Program-made: the position numbers and the translations under genes
Notes under the pieces: generated by a model
What the model was told of the DNA's origin: nothing
The model's input: only the letters and a program-made list of their open reading frames with translations
The model's database searches: none
Part shown: piece after piece, positions 1 to 8,898 of the stretch
How positions within the stretch are numbered: the stretch's first letter is position 1
How the letters are laid out: every line of letters begins with the position of its first letter
DNA from: an uncultured Methanosarcinales archaeon
Lineage (GTDB): Archaea; Nanobdellota; Nanobdellia; Woesearchaeales; GW2011-AR9
DNA length: 64,000 nucleotides
Assembly: GCA_964498285.1 (NCBI GenBank)
Contig: CAZCGN010000001.1
Location: 339,033-403,032, forward strand
Reading direction: 5' to 3'

Positions 1-680
1 CAAAAACAAAGTATACCTATCTTTTCTGTTTGTTTGATCGTGATGAAGCCATGTTTGCACTCTCAAGTAAAAGTGGATACAAAATTATTGCACGATTAAA
101 ATCTGACATGCCTAAAAAAGCGTACGAGACAAATACAAAAGCAACATTCTATGAACAGATTCTTGCACAAATTGTAGCATACGATAAGCGTGAAACGTTG
201 CAACATATAATTATAGCATCCCCCTCTTTTTACAAAGAAAGTGTTCTGAAACTTGTAAAAGATAGTGATCTTAAAAAGAAGATTACTGCCGTGAGTTGTT
301 CATCAATTAGTAAGGCGGGGCTTGAAGAAGTCTCAAAGAGTCCTGAACTTACACAGATTTTAGTGAGTAGTAGAACAAGATTAGAAGCAGTACTCGTAGA
401 AGAACTATTTTCTGAGATTGGAAAAGAAGGAGCGTACGCGTATGGATACAAGCAAACGTTAGGTGCAATCACTCAAGGGGCCATTGCAAAACTATTTGTA
501 ACTGATTCGTTCATCTCAAAACTACGAGAAAAGGATAAATACCATGAACTTGATGAACAACTTAAGATAGTAGATTCTTTTGGAGCTGAAGTTCACATAA
601 TTTCTTCTGAGAATGCTGCAGGCAAAAAAATCGACGGAATTGGCGGAATTGCTGCAACACTAAGATATAAACTTGAATAG
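1..680 (+). CDS. pelA: Pelota/Dom34-like protein, 5' end outside window
   Basis: Frame is open from the window edge. eRF1-fold central and C-terminal domains without GGQ. C-terminus GIGGIAATLRYKL parallels the aRF1 end LGGIAAILRFPL at 29955-31058. Confidence 0.7.
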   Translation, partial: KTKYTYLFCLFDRDEAMFALSSKSGYKIIARLKSDMPKKAYETNTKATFYEQILAQIVAYDKRETLQHIIIASPSFYKESVLKLVKDSDLKKKITAVSCSSISKAGLEEVSKSPELTQILVSSRTRLEAVLVEELFSEIGKEGAYAYGYKQTLGAITQGAIAKLFVTDSFISKLREKDKYHELDEQLKIVDSFGAEVHIISSENAAGKKIDGIGGIAATLRYKLE

Positions 681-857
681 TTATCCTCTAAACCCTTATG
701 ACCCAAAACCACAACCTTTTAATAGTAGTAGTTTTTATTGATAGGGTAGTAACAAAAAAACAAAGGGGTGTTGTGTTACTCGATAGGAGTCATTTAAATG
801 GAGATGATTTCTTGAAAAATATTACCTTTATGAAAAGAGGGAGGGGTTTGGGTAAAA

Positions 858-1655
858 ATGATAGTTAAAGACGATTTATTGGTGGATTTGAGACGTAATT
901 TCGATCTCAATTTGTATGAAGTGAAGCTGTGGGCTGCACTTCTTTCTCGAGGCGTATCAACTGCAGGAGAACTTTCAGACATTGCTGATGTTCCACGATC
1001 ACGAAGTTATGATGTGTTAGAGTCACTTGAGAAAAAAGGGTTTGTTGTTATGAAAACAGGTAAGCCAATCAAGTATATTGCAATTCCACCTACTGAAGTT
1101 GTAGATAGAGTTCGTAAAAATATGCAACTTGAAGCACAAACAAAAATTAAACGATTAGAATCTGTTAAAGGTTCAGAACTTCTTACTGAATTAGAATCAC
1201 TTCACGCAAATGGCGTATCACTAGTTGATCCAACTGAACTTACTGGATGTTTGAAAGGACGCCATAATTTGTATAACCATTTAGATTTCATGGTAAAGAA
1301 TGCTAAAAAGTCTGTTAACATTGTAACAAGCGAAGGGGGTTTTTTACGAAAAGCTGAAGGTCTTCATTCATCGTTAGAAAAAGCAAAAAAGCGTGGCGTA
1401 AAAGTTCGAATTGCAGCTCCTGTTACGAAAGAGAACAAACACATGGTTGAAAAACTTAAAGGTGTTGCTGAAGTAAAGCATAACGCAAAACTTAATTCAC
1501 GGTTTATGACAGTTGATAGTAAAGACTTTGTGTTTATGACCTTGAACGATACTGAAGTTCACCCCTCATATGATTTAGGTGTCTGGGTAAAAACCCCGTA
1601 CTTTGCAACATCAATGGACGCGATGTTTAACACCATGTGGTCAAATTTGAAGTAG
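858..1655 (+). CDS. TrmB-family transcriptional regulator
   Basis: N-terminal wHTH LYEVKLWAALLSRGVSTAGELSDIADVPRSRSYDVLESLEKKGFV, followed by a TrmB-type C-terminal domain. Confidence 0.8.
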   Translation: MIVKDDLLVDLRRNFDLNLYEVKLWAALLSRGVSTAGELSDIADVPRSRSYDVLESLEKKGFVVMKTGKPIKYIAIPPTEVVDRVRKNMQLEAQTKIKRLESVKGSELLTELESLHANGVSLVDPTELTGCLKGRHNLYNHLDFMVKNAKKSVNIVTSEGGFLRKAEGLHSSLEKAKKRGVKVRIAAPVTKENKHMVEKLKGVAEVKHNAKLNSRFMTVDSKDFVFMTLNDTEVHPSYDLGVWVKTPYFATSMDAMFNTMWSNLK

Positions 1656-1657
1656 AA

Positions 1658-1667
1658 TTTTTTTTTT
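1658..1667 (+). terminator. oligo-T tract after trmB-like gene
   Basis: Run of 10 T immediately after the stop codon, between convergent genes. Archaeal terminators are oligo-T tracts. Confidence 0.4.
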
Positions 1668-1669
1668 AC

Positions 1670-3337
1670 TTATTGTATTTTTTCTAAATTAATCTCAAAA
1701 CTTGCAACAGGAACTAGTAGCCCAAAGTTTGTTAATGTCTGAGGGTGCACTTCCCCTATGAAACCTACTTCTGTGCCGTTAACAATGATTGATGCTGCCC
1801 TTCCTTCGATCAAGAAGGGTTTTATAACTTCTTTAACTTCAAACGATACACCTAACAAGGCCATCAATTCATCTAAAATTGCTTTGATCTGAGTATAATT
1901 AGCCTTAGGATCAGCAATTGAGACCGAAACATGTGCTTCGTTTCTTGCGCCAGTATCACAAGTTCCATCAACTTGAATTGTAAACCCATTTTCAAACACA
2001 CGTTGAGGATACTTGTTTTTTCGATTTACATTAAGTGCGCGAAGAGTTTCAGGCAGAATCATTGTTCGACACATGTTTGTTCCTTGATCACAGCTCTCAG
2101 TGAGCCGAACATGCTCGGATTCTGTGCCCACCATATCAAACTGGAACTCAGTAGAAGTTAAGACATATGTATACAATTCAGTAAAGCCTAACGAAACAAG
2201 AGCATCTGAAATACGTTCACGAAACAAAGAAGCATCCAAGTTGGAACCTACTGTTGCAACATTAGGAAATCGTGGCACTATGTTGTTATAACCATACGCA
2301 CGTGCAATATCATCTGCAATGTCAACATCATGCCAGATATCTGACCTATAGCAAGGTACTTCGACATGTACAACACCATTCTCAACTTTTTCAACGCCGT
2401 ACATCATTTTTCCCAAAAGTTCTATGCATTCTGCTTCACTTATTGAAAAGCCAATAAGTTTATTTACAAACTCTACTGTAATTTCATCGTGCCAGTTGTC
2501 TAAAGAGAGAACATATCTCTTGCCAGTCTTTTCATATTCAACATTAACTGCTTCTGCTTTCGCGCCCATTTCAATAAACGTTGTTACAAGTACTTTAAGA
2601 ATCAAATCAAGAAGATGCAGATTTTCACCAGTAACTTCTAGAAACAAATCCGTATGATTGATACCAACTTTTGCAGTTTCATCTGAGTTAATGATTGGAG
2701 GCATTGCAAGTACTTTATTCTCACTATCCCTGAACACCGCAAATTTGCTTCGACCTTGCAAAAGGTGCGCGTACTTTTTCCCAGTAGGGTGCAGTTCTAA
2801 CACTTGTTTTCCAGTAATCTCTTGCGTGAACTCTAACGGTTTGAACACAATCTTTTCTGGATCCTCACCACCAAAACTAATCGGAAACACAATAGTGTTT
2901 GTTGGATAAATCCCAATCCCTGCTTTTTTACGGTCTCTGCCAAAGCTCTGTGTGATTTTTTCTTGAATATCAATCATCTCTTGAAGCAATTCAGGAGTCA
3001 TACTCACACCTCGTAAAATAGCACAAACTGTTTTAGAGGGATACACACCATCAAGCGTGTTTACCACATTGACCGTATGCTGTGGCGGCGAAAGAGAATA
3101 TTTTGGCGCACCCTGCGCAAGCCCTAAATAATATTTGATTGCTCGTGCAATTCCAACTGCACTTACCATGTCTGCTTTTTCTGCTGTAATTTCAATTTTG
3201 AGTTCAGGATCTTGCGCATCACTTACACCTTTTACATCCATCCCAATATCCATCAAGGTCGTTTTTATTGTATCTACTTCTAATGGTTTTCCAATGTACT
3301 TGTTAAGAGTTGAGAGTTTTGCATAGACCAATACCAT
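1670..3337 (-). CDS. pheT: Phenylalanine--tRNA ligase beta subunit
   Basis: Archaeal PheT-like sequence with B3/4 and B5 domains and a catalytic-like C-terminal domain. Start set at the internal ATG (MVLVYAKL...), which forms a TAATG overlap with the pheS stop. The track ORF extends to 3391. Confidence 0.85.
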   Translation of the reverse strand: MVLVYAKLSTLNKYIGKPLEVDTIKTTLMDIGMDVKGVSDAQDPELKIEITAEKADMVSAVGIARAIKYYLGLAQGAPKYSLSPPQHTVNVVNTLDGVYPSKTVCAILRGVSMTPELLQEMIDIQEKITQSFGRDRKKAGIGIYPTNTIVFPISFGGEDPEKIVFKPLEFTQEITGKQVLELHPTGKKYAHLLQGRSKFAVFRDSENKVLAMPPIINSDETAKVGINHTDLFLEVTGENLHLLDLILKVLVTTFIEMGAKAEAVNVEYEKTGKRYVLSLDNWHDEITVEFVNKLIGFSISEAECIELLGKMMYGVEKVENGVVHVEVPCYRSDIWHDVDIADDIARAYGYNNIVPRFPNVATVGSNLDASLFRERISDALVSLGFTELYTYVLTSTEFQFDMVGTESEHVRLTESCDQGTNMCRTMILPETLRALNVNRKNKYPQRVFENGFTIQVDGTCDTGARNEAHVSVSIADPKANYTQIKAILDELMALLGVSFEVKEVIKPFLIEGRAASIIVNGTEVGFIGEVHPQTLTNFGLLVPVASFEINLEKIQ

Positions 3338-4896
3338 TATTCTTGCTTCCTCACAATGTTTCGTTGCATAAGTGGTCTGTGCTTTAACCATTCAATATCA
3401 CAGGTGTGACCAGTAATATCCCGCATGCTAGTTGCATTCGTTAACAGTGCTGCAACACGGCTCGCACCCATCCCCCATGCAATAATAGGTTTTGTTATCC
3501 CTAACGGCTCAAGCGTTTCTGGTCTGAAAATTCCTGAATTAATAAGAGAATACCATTTACCTAACCTTTCATCAAAGTAATGGGCTTCCATGGAAGGTTC
3601 TGTATATGGATTATACGTTGGTTTAAATCGAATTTTGTGGATTCCTAATTTTGCATAAAACTCTTTGATAAATCCCATTAAGTCCGCTAGACCAAGATCA
3701 TCACCAATAATAAAACCTTCACCTTGGAAAAAATCTGCTAAGTGTGTTGCATCAACCGTTTCATTTCGAAAATTGTTTGCAATGTAAAAGTATTTGCCGT
3801 TCGCAACGGGCTTCCCAGTTTTTTGTGCTTCTTTACCTAACTCTGCAAGTGTTCGAAACGTTGTTGCAGTTGAATGTGTTCTAAGCAATCGTTTTTGCGC
3901 AATATCCATTGACCAATCGCCCACTTTCGTGTGTGATCGTTTGATGCCTTCTTCGTGCATCTTCTTTGTTTTTTCTGCAAGTTCTGGAGGGATTTTTGCT
4001 TTACCTTCTAAATAGAATGTATCTTGTTCATCGCGTGCAGGATGATCTTGCGGGATCCACATAGTATCCATATTCCAAAATGCACTCTCAACCATTGGTC
4101 CCTGCATTTCAGAAAAGCCCATCTCAACAAAGACATCACGTAAGATGTTGTTTGCTTCCATCATTGGATGCCTGCGCGCAATAGTATCGTTCGGAACGTT
4201 GATATGAATATCGTAGGGGCGAAACGTTGCACCTTTCCAGCTGCCTGACTTGAGCATGTCAGAGGTTACGGCTTCAGCAAGTTCAACGTCTCCTAATTCT
4301 TTAAGTGCAGCTAAAAGTGCTTCTCCTTTTGGAGTAAGTGTTGCAAGCATAGATCTCTTTTCGATTTTTTTGATAAACTTTTTTCGGCTGGAAAATTGTT
4401 CAACAACTCTTTTTTGCTCAGCTGAAAGTGTATTTGCAGGTATTTCATGTGCAAATAATTTTAATGGGTTTGAAAACCGTTCCACGAACGCTTTTCCTGC
4501 ATCCGTAATTGTAAACAGTAATTCTCCCTTTTTTTCTATGGTAACAAATCGGTTTCGTTTAAGAAGTCCTAAGACTGATGAAAACTCTGAACCTTTAACC
4601 GGAAGTTCAGACATCTTCTTAGGAGCATATTGAATATCTTTAAGAATAACTGTTTCTGGTAAATCACGTGTAAGGTATTCTTTCCCTAAAGAATCTAATC
4701 CAATAAACTCTTGAACATCATACGTTAAAGTGACATATCCTTTAGCTTCAAGCATGGAAAGTCCACTTTGCGCTTCAGCTTCGCTAATCCCTACCTTCTG
4801 AGCAATTGCAGCAGGTGTTTTTAATGAAACAAATGGAAGCACTTTTCTTTCTAAAGAATGTAGTGCTAATACTTGGCTTTTATTGACTTCAGACAT
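3337..4896 (-). CDS. pheS: Phenylalanine--tRNA ligase alpha subunit
   Basis: Class II aaRS core (HPARDEQDTFY, FRNE, GMGASR-type motif 3) with an N-terminal wHTH extension. Lies directly upstream of pheT. Confidence 0.9.
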   Translation of the reverse strand: MSEVNKSQVLALHSLERKVLPFVSLKTPAAIAQKVGISEAEAQSGLSMLEAKGYVTLTYDVQEFIGLDSLGKEYLTRDLPETVILKDIQYAPKKMSELPVKGSEFSSVLGLLKRNRFVTIEKKGELLFTITDAGKAFVERFSNPLKLFAHEIPANTLSAEQKRVVEQFSSRKKFIKKIEKRSMLATLTPKGEALLAALKELGDVELAEAVTSDMLKSGSWKGATFRPYDIHINVPNDTIARRHPMMEANNILRDVFVEMGFSEMQGPMVESAFWNMDTMWIPQDHPARDEQDTFYLEGKAKIPPELAEKTKKMHEEGIKRSHTKVGDWSMDIAQKRLLRTHSTATTFRTLAELGKEAQKTGKPVANGKYFYIANNFRNETVDATHLADFFQGEGFIIGDDLGLADLMGFIKEFYAKLGIHKIRFKPTYNPYTEPSMEAHYFDERLGKWYSLINSGIFRPETLEPLGITKPIIAWGMGASRVAALLTNATSMRDITGHTCDIEWLKHRPLMQRNIVRKQE

Positions 4897-4944
4897 AAAG
4901 AATATGAGTAAATGGAGGATATTTAAATATATTGATGGTAAACG

Positions 4945-5664
4945 TTAAAATATTTCGTACATCTCTTCTTTGATCAAAATCTCACTTTCGCCAATCTCAA
5001 TATCTGGCAATTTGAGCTTCCCTATTGCAACACGTTCAAGAGCCATAACTAAATTTCCTACTGCGCCAAGCATTTTTCGTACTTGTCTGAATTTTCCTTC
5101 GGTGATTGTCAAATAAATTTCATGTGAAGAGATTCTCTCAACTTTTGCTTCTTCTGTTAAGTACTCATCTTCAAACACTTCAATGTATACACCCTCCTCA
5201 AGCTTTCGAATCTGTTCTTTTGTAATAGCATCTTTTGCAAGCACCTTATATTTTTTAGGCACCTTTGATTTAGGGTTCAAAAGCCTTGTTGAAAGTCTTC
5301 CATCATTAGTAATTATGAGCATTCCGGTTGTTGGAACATCCAACCTTCCAATAACAAATAATGAATTTTTAATTTCCGGATCTAATTTGAGTAGGTTAAC
5401 AACATATGGATACTTATCATCATTTTTCTGACATGAATACCTCTCTGGCTTGTTAAGAACTATGTACATTAACGGCACAAGATGAATTTCTTTACCATCT
5501 AAAAGAACTTCTCGTTTAAGAGGATTACATTGAAACTGTGCTGAGGTGGTTACTTTTTTGTCAACCTGGACACGTCCTTTACTTATTGCACGAATTATCT
5601 CTTGTTTTTGTGAAAATTTGCCAGTTCGTTTAAGAAGCTGGTATAAAGAATATTTTTGTGACAT
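4945..5664 (-). CDS. RsuA/RluB-type pseudouridine synthase with S4 domain
   Basis: N-terminal S4-like region, catalytic GRLDVPTTGMLIITNDG, and C-terminal FRQVRKMLGAVGNLVMALERVAIG. Confidence 0.8.
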   Translation of the reverse strand: MSQKYSLYQLLKRTGKFSQKQEIIRAISKGRVQVDKKVTTSAQFQCNPLKREVLLDGKEIHLVPLMYIVLNKPERYSCQKNDDKYPYVVNLLKLDPEIKNSLFVIGRLDVPTTGMLIITNDGRLSTRLLNPKSKVPKKYKVLAKDAITKEQIRKLEEGVYIEVFEDEYLTEEAKVERISSHEIYLTITEGKFRQVRKMLGAVGNLVMALERVAIGKLKLPDIEIGESEILIKEEMYEIF

Positions 5665-5688
5665 ACTAAAATGAAAAAATAAAAAGCG

Positions 5689-6087
5689 TTACGCTTTTGT
5701 TTCAGGCTTCTCCTCAGCTTTTTTCGGGGCTGGTTTTGGCTTTGCTTCTTTTTTTGCAGCTTTAGCTTTCGGTTTTGGAGCTACTGCTTTAGAAGCTTTA
5801 GCTTTACGAACTTGTCTAGGCCTTGCAGCTGCCTTCTTAGCTTTTGTTTCAAGCGCTTTAAGACCAAGCTTTTCAAACGCTTTTGCAACTTCACTATGCG
5901 AAGCATCAGCTTTGATAGCAACCTCTTTATCTAACGGCTCAAGATGTTTAAGGTTTACTTTTCTTCGTCTTGTCTCACCATCAACTAACACAGCATTGTT
6001 TTCAATTGCACTCAGTACAACGCAGTGTTTACCTGCGTCTCTTCCTGCAACTTTCATACACATTCGACCAATTTTGTAGAGACTCAT
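5689..6087 (-). CDS. rpl14e: Ribosomal protein eL14 with K/A/P-rich C-terminal tail
   Basis: KOW-like IGRMCMKVAGRDAGKHCVV, RRRKVNLKHLEP. 4-nt overlap with rpl34e. Confidence 0.85.
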   Translation of the reverse strand: MSLYKIGRMCMKVAGRDAGKHCVVLSAIENNAVLVDGETRRRKVNLKHLEPLDKEVAIKADASHSEVAKAFEKLGLKALETKAKKAAARPRQVRKAKASKAVAPKPKAKAAKKEAKPKPAPKKAEEKPETKA

Positions 6088-6374
6088 TGTTCTGCCTCCT
6101 TTGGAGCCTCTGCTCGCGCTTTACGTCGTAGTAAGAATCGCATACCTTTGGATGACAGAATTCCTCCAAACGGTCTTTGAGGCCTTTTCTTGGATTTAGG
6201 CATGTTTCTAAGCTTAGGTGCTCTTTGGTTCGGAACTCCGTGAAGTGGTGTTCCATAAATAGCGCAAATTGCTTTTGAAGGCTTACGCTTTCTGTAGTGT
6301 TTTACTGTTTTTCCGCCAGGCGTTTTGACAAAAATTCGTCTGAACCTGCGTGATTTTAATTTTCCTTGTGGCAT
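6084..6374 (-). CDS. rpl34e: Ribosomal protein eL34
   Basis: MPQGKLKSRRFRRIFVKTPGGKTVKHYRKRKPSKAICAIYGTPLHGVP matches the eL34 pattern. Confidence 0.9.
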   Translation of the reverse strand: MPQGKLKSRRFRRIFVKTPGGKTVKHYRKRKPSKAICAIYGTPLHGVPNQRAPKLRNMPKSKKRPQRPFGGILSSKGMRFLLRRKARAEAPKEAEQ

Positions 6375-6572
6375 TTTTTATCCCCTTATTTTTACAAGAC
6401 AATATCAGAAAAGAAATATTCTTCGCTGACCATAGTTGCCTTGATGATCATCCAGATTGGATATGATAACCTGGTTTTAATAGTGATTTATAAAGTTTAC
6501 TAATGAAGATTTAACTTTGTTTGAGAAAGTGAAGAAGAAATTTCCGATCCAGGAGATGTCAAATATAATATT

Positions 6573-6845
6573 TTACTTCTCAAGAACTTCCTGTACTTGA
6601 ATTAAACCAGCATTTGAGCCAGAAGCATAAACATAAATGACTACGCTCGGGGAGATTAATCTTGGGTCAAAATCAAGAACTTCTAAACCAGATGTGATTA
6701 TTTTCCCAACTCGTGTTCCAGTAAAACCGCCGCCACTAACTTCCCAGTAGGGACCTTTTTTCACTATGTTAACTTCAACCTCAGACATCTTTGGGAGACT
6801 GCCCCTACAAGCTTTACCTAAAACTTTCATGGTTTCTGGACTCAA
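6573..6845 (-). CDS. Hypothetical small beta-rich protein (start uncertain: 6845, 6830 or 6788)
   Basis: Intact ORF in operon orientation. A TTTATATAG-like box at about 6848-6858 favours the 6830 start. I recognise no family. Confidence 0.45.
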   Translation of the reverse strand: MSPETMKVLGKACRGSLPKMSEVEVNIVKKGPYWEVSGGGFTGTRVGKIITSGLEVLDFDPRLISPSVVIYVYASGSNAGLIQVQEVLEK

Positions 6846-6953
6846 GTTCTGCTATATAAACTTTTCTGAATCACACAAGCTGTTTCAAAAACGAACATTA
6901 CAAACTAATCTTAGAACAAGAAAACTTCTAAACCTTCACTTTTCCTGCAAAAA

Positions 6954-7721
6954 CTAATGTATCTTGAGCAACTTTCGAATACCGATACTAAAGACTATTG
7001 AGAAAAGTATGTACCAACCAAGCCATCCTGGCTTCCAGCCAAACAAACTGAAGTCGCCAGCAGGTTTCAACTTGTTATAGTTTATTTCTATACTCTTTAC
7101 GTCTGAATGCTTGTACACATCCATCTGAGGAGCATACCTCAGTTCTGTTGTTATCAGAACATCTTTTACTTCAGAGACATCGCCTACCGAAACTCCCAAC
7201 ACATGCTCTCCGGCATCACTTTTTAATCTCCATGTAGCTTTGCCATCAACAATAGGCATTAAGGTTGAGTCACCCAAAACCAACTCAGATCCCTCATCTA
7301 AAACTAATAATGCATCTTCAACAACTCCTTTCTCAAAAATAGCAGTGATTGAATAGGTCTCGCCTGGAAAAATCGGTTCGTATGCAAGTACACCTGCCAT
7401 CCAACCAAAAATTAAAATAATCGGAATCATAGTAATCAATGTTGGTTTAAATGATTGCTTCATGTATGCCATATTTTTTGACATTGCTTCTTTTTGCATA
7501 GCCATCATTTTTTCTGGCTGATCACGAAGTCCTTTGATTTTCTTTTGATACTCTTTTTGCTCATCTTTAAGCGCTTTCATCAAATCTTGATTTGTTGCAT
7601 ACTTATAGACAAGAGAAATAAGAACCGCAATAAGAAGTGCAAGAACACAAATTGCCCAGAACGGACTCGCATTAATAAGCGAGCCAAAGATAGGATTGAA
7701 TATTGGATCTAAAAACGCCAT
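6954..7721 (-). CDS. DUF106/EMC3-TMCO1-type (archaeal YidC-like) membrane insertase with large insertion
   Basis: TM1, then coiled coil KALKDEQKEYQKKIKGLRDQPEKMMAMQKEAM, then TM2, then TM3. Conserved position downstream of secY. About 110 aa of beta-rich sequence sits between TM2 and TM3. Confidence 0.7.
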   Translation of the reverse strand: MAFLDPIFNPIFGSLINASPFWAICVLALLIAVLISLVYKYATNQDLMKALKDEQKEYQKKIKGLRDQPEKMMAMQKEAMSKNMAYMKQSFKPTLITMIPIILIFGWMAGVLAYEPIFPGETYSITAIFEKGVVEDALLVLDEGSELVLGDSTLMPIVDGKATWRLKSDAGEHVLGVSVGDVSEVKDVLITTELRYAPQMDVYKHSDVKSIEINYNKLKPAGDFSLFGWKPGWLGWYILFSIVFSIGIRKLLKIH

Positions 7722-7772
7722 ATGTATAAGTTGGTAAAAGTCTGTATATAAAGTTTATGGATTGTATCTGTT

Positions 7773-8831
7773 TTATTCCAATAACCTACTAATAGACAGG
7801 TGGTGGTTTATATTAAAAATTACCTTTGCATGATACCCAGAAACAGAAACTTCTTCTAACCAAGGTGTATCTTCGACAAAACCTGGCCCATGATAAATTG
7901 CATTTGTTGCTATAACTCCCGTGAGAAGTCCGTCCCTATACAATCCATCTAACCTTTCCTTTGCAGGATCACTTAAAACTGCAAGTGAAGTCATAAAATA
8001 AACTTTTCTTGCACCGGCTTTTTTGACAGCTCTCGAAGCATTCACTACGGTGCCCGCCCTATCAATCATATCATCAACAAAAATAACATCCCTCCCACTA
8101 ACATCACCAAAAATTGTTACTATCTCATCATCTTCGTCATCTTCATCTATGACTTCCCCAGTAGTATAATCCCTCTCTTTGTGTACACCTATCAATGGGA
8201 CCCTTAGAATATCTGAATACTCTTTGTTTCTTTTCATGGCACCAAAGTCTGGTGCTCCCATCACAGCATTTCCAAGATCAAAATTGGCCCTAATGTGATC
8301 TATAAAGGTTCTTCTCGCCAAAAGATTCTCAAATTTTGCTGTTCTAAAAAATCCACCGACAGTAGGATTATGAATGTCCAAAGTGACAACTCGATCAACC
8401 TGTGTAAGCTCTATTTCACCCGCAACTTGAGAAGCAGTCCAACACTCCCTTCCTATTGCTCTGTCCTGTCTTGCATAAGGAAAATAAGGAAGTATTACCG
8501 TAACACAAGCAGCATCTGCTCTTCTACAAGCATCAGCAGCAGTTTTAAGGGCCCTAAAATTTTCGTCAACAGAATAAGGTAAATGAGTGTTTGCAACATC
8601 CTGAATTATGTAAATATCCATACCACGAACACTTTCTTCTAATGAAGTTTTTATCTCAGTGCCCGCAAAATGCTTCTCAGTAGACTGAACTCGTCTAAAA
8701 TTATTTTCCGGGCCAGCGCCATCACTAGAATGTTTTTCAAACTGTCGCCCCAAACTTTCAAGAACTTGTTCTCCAAACGGCCTTCCTGCATCACAAAGAA
8801 CTATTCCTATATCTCCACGATCACGTAGCAT
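7773..8831 (-). CDS. prs: Ribose-phosphate pyrophosphokinase (PRPP synthase)
   Basis: ILPYFPYARQDR and PRPP-binding loop VIFVDDMIDRAGTV. Carries an acidic insert DEDDEDDE. Confidence 0.85.
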   Translation of the reverse strand: MLRDRGDIGIVLCDAGRPFGEQVLESLGRQFEKHSSDGAGPENNFRRVQSTEKHFAGTEIKTSLEESVRGMDIYIIQDVANTHLPYSVDENFRALKTAADACRRADAACVTVILPYFPYARQDRAIGRECWTASQVAGEIELTQVDRVVTLDIHNPTVGGFFRTAKFENLLARRTFIDHIRANFDLGNAVMGAPDFGAMKRNKEYSDILRVPLIGVHKERDYTTGEVIDEDDEDDEIVTIFGDVSGRDVIFVDDMIDRAGTVVNASRAVKKAGARKVYFMTSLAVLSDPAKERLDGLYRDGLLTGVIATNAIYHGPGFVEDTPWLEEVSVSGYHAKVIFNINHHLSISRLLE

Positions 8832-8898
8832 ACTAAAAACAAGAAAAAACCACCTTAAATGCTTTTGTATAATAAAAAATAGAGATTAGAAATACTCC

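Noticed and set aside
6029-6256. Alternative-frame ORFs within the r-protein genes (also 11174-11416, 16481-16744, 18959-19177, 20417-20650)
   Set aside because: They are embedded in conserved ribosomal protein genes on the same strand in another frame. They are Lys/Arg-rich artefacts of the biased composition.
6420-6480. TGATGA and TGATAA boxes suggesting a C/D box sRNA upstream of rpl34e
   Set aside because: No correctly spaced CUGA D/D' boxes or terminal stem on either strand.
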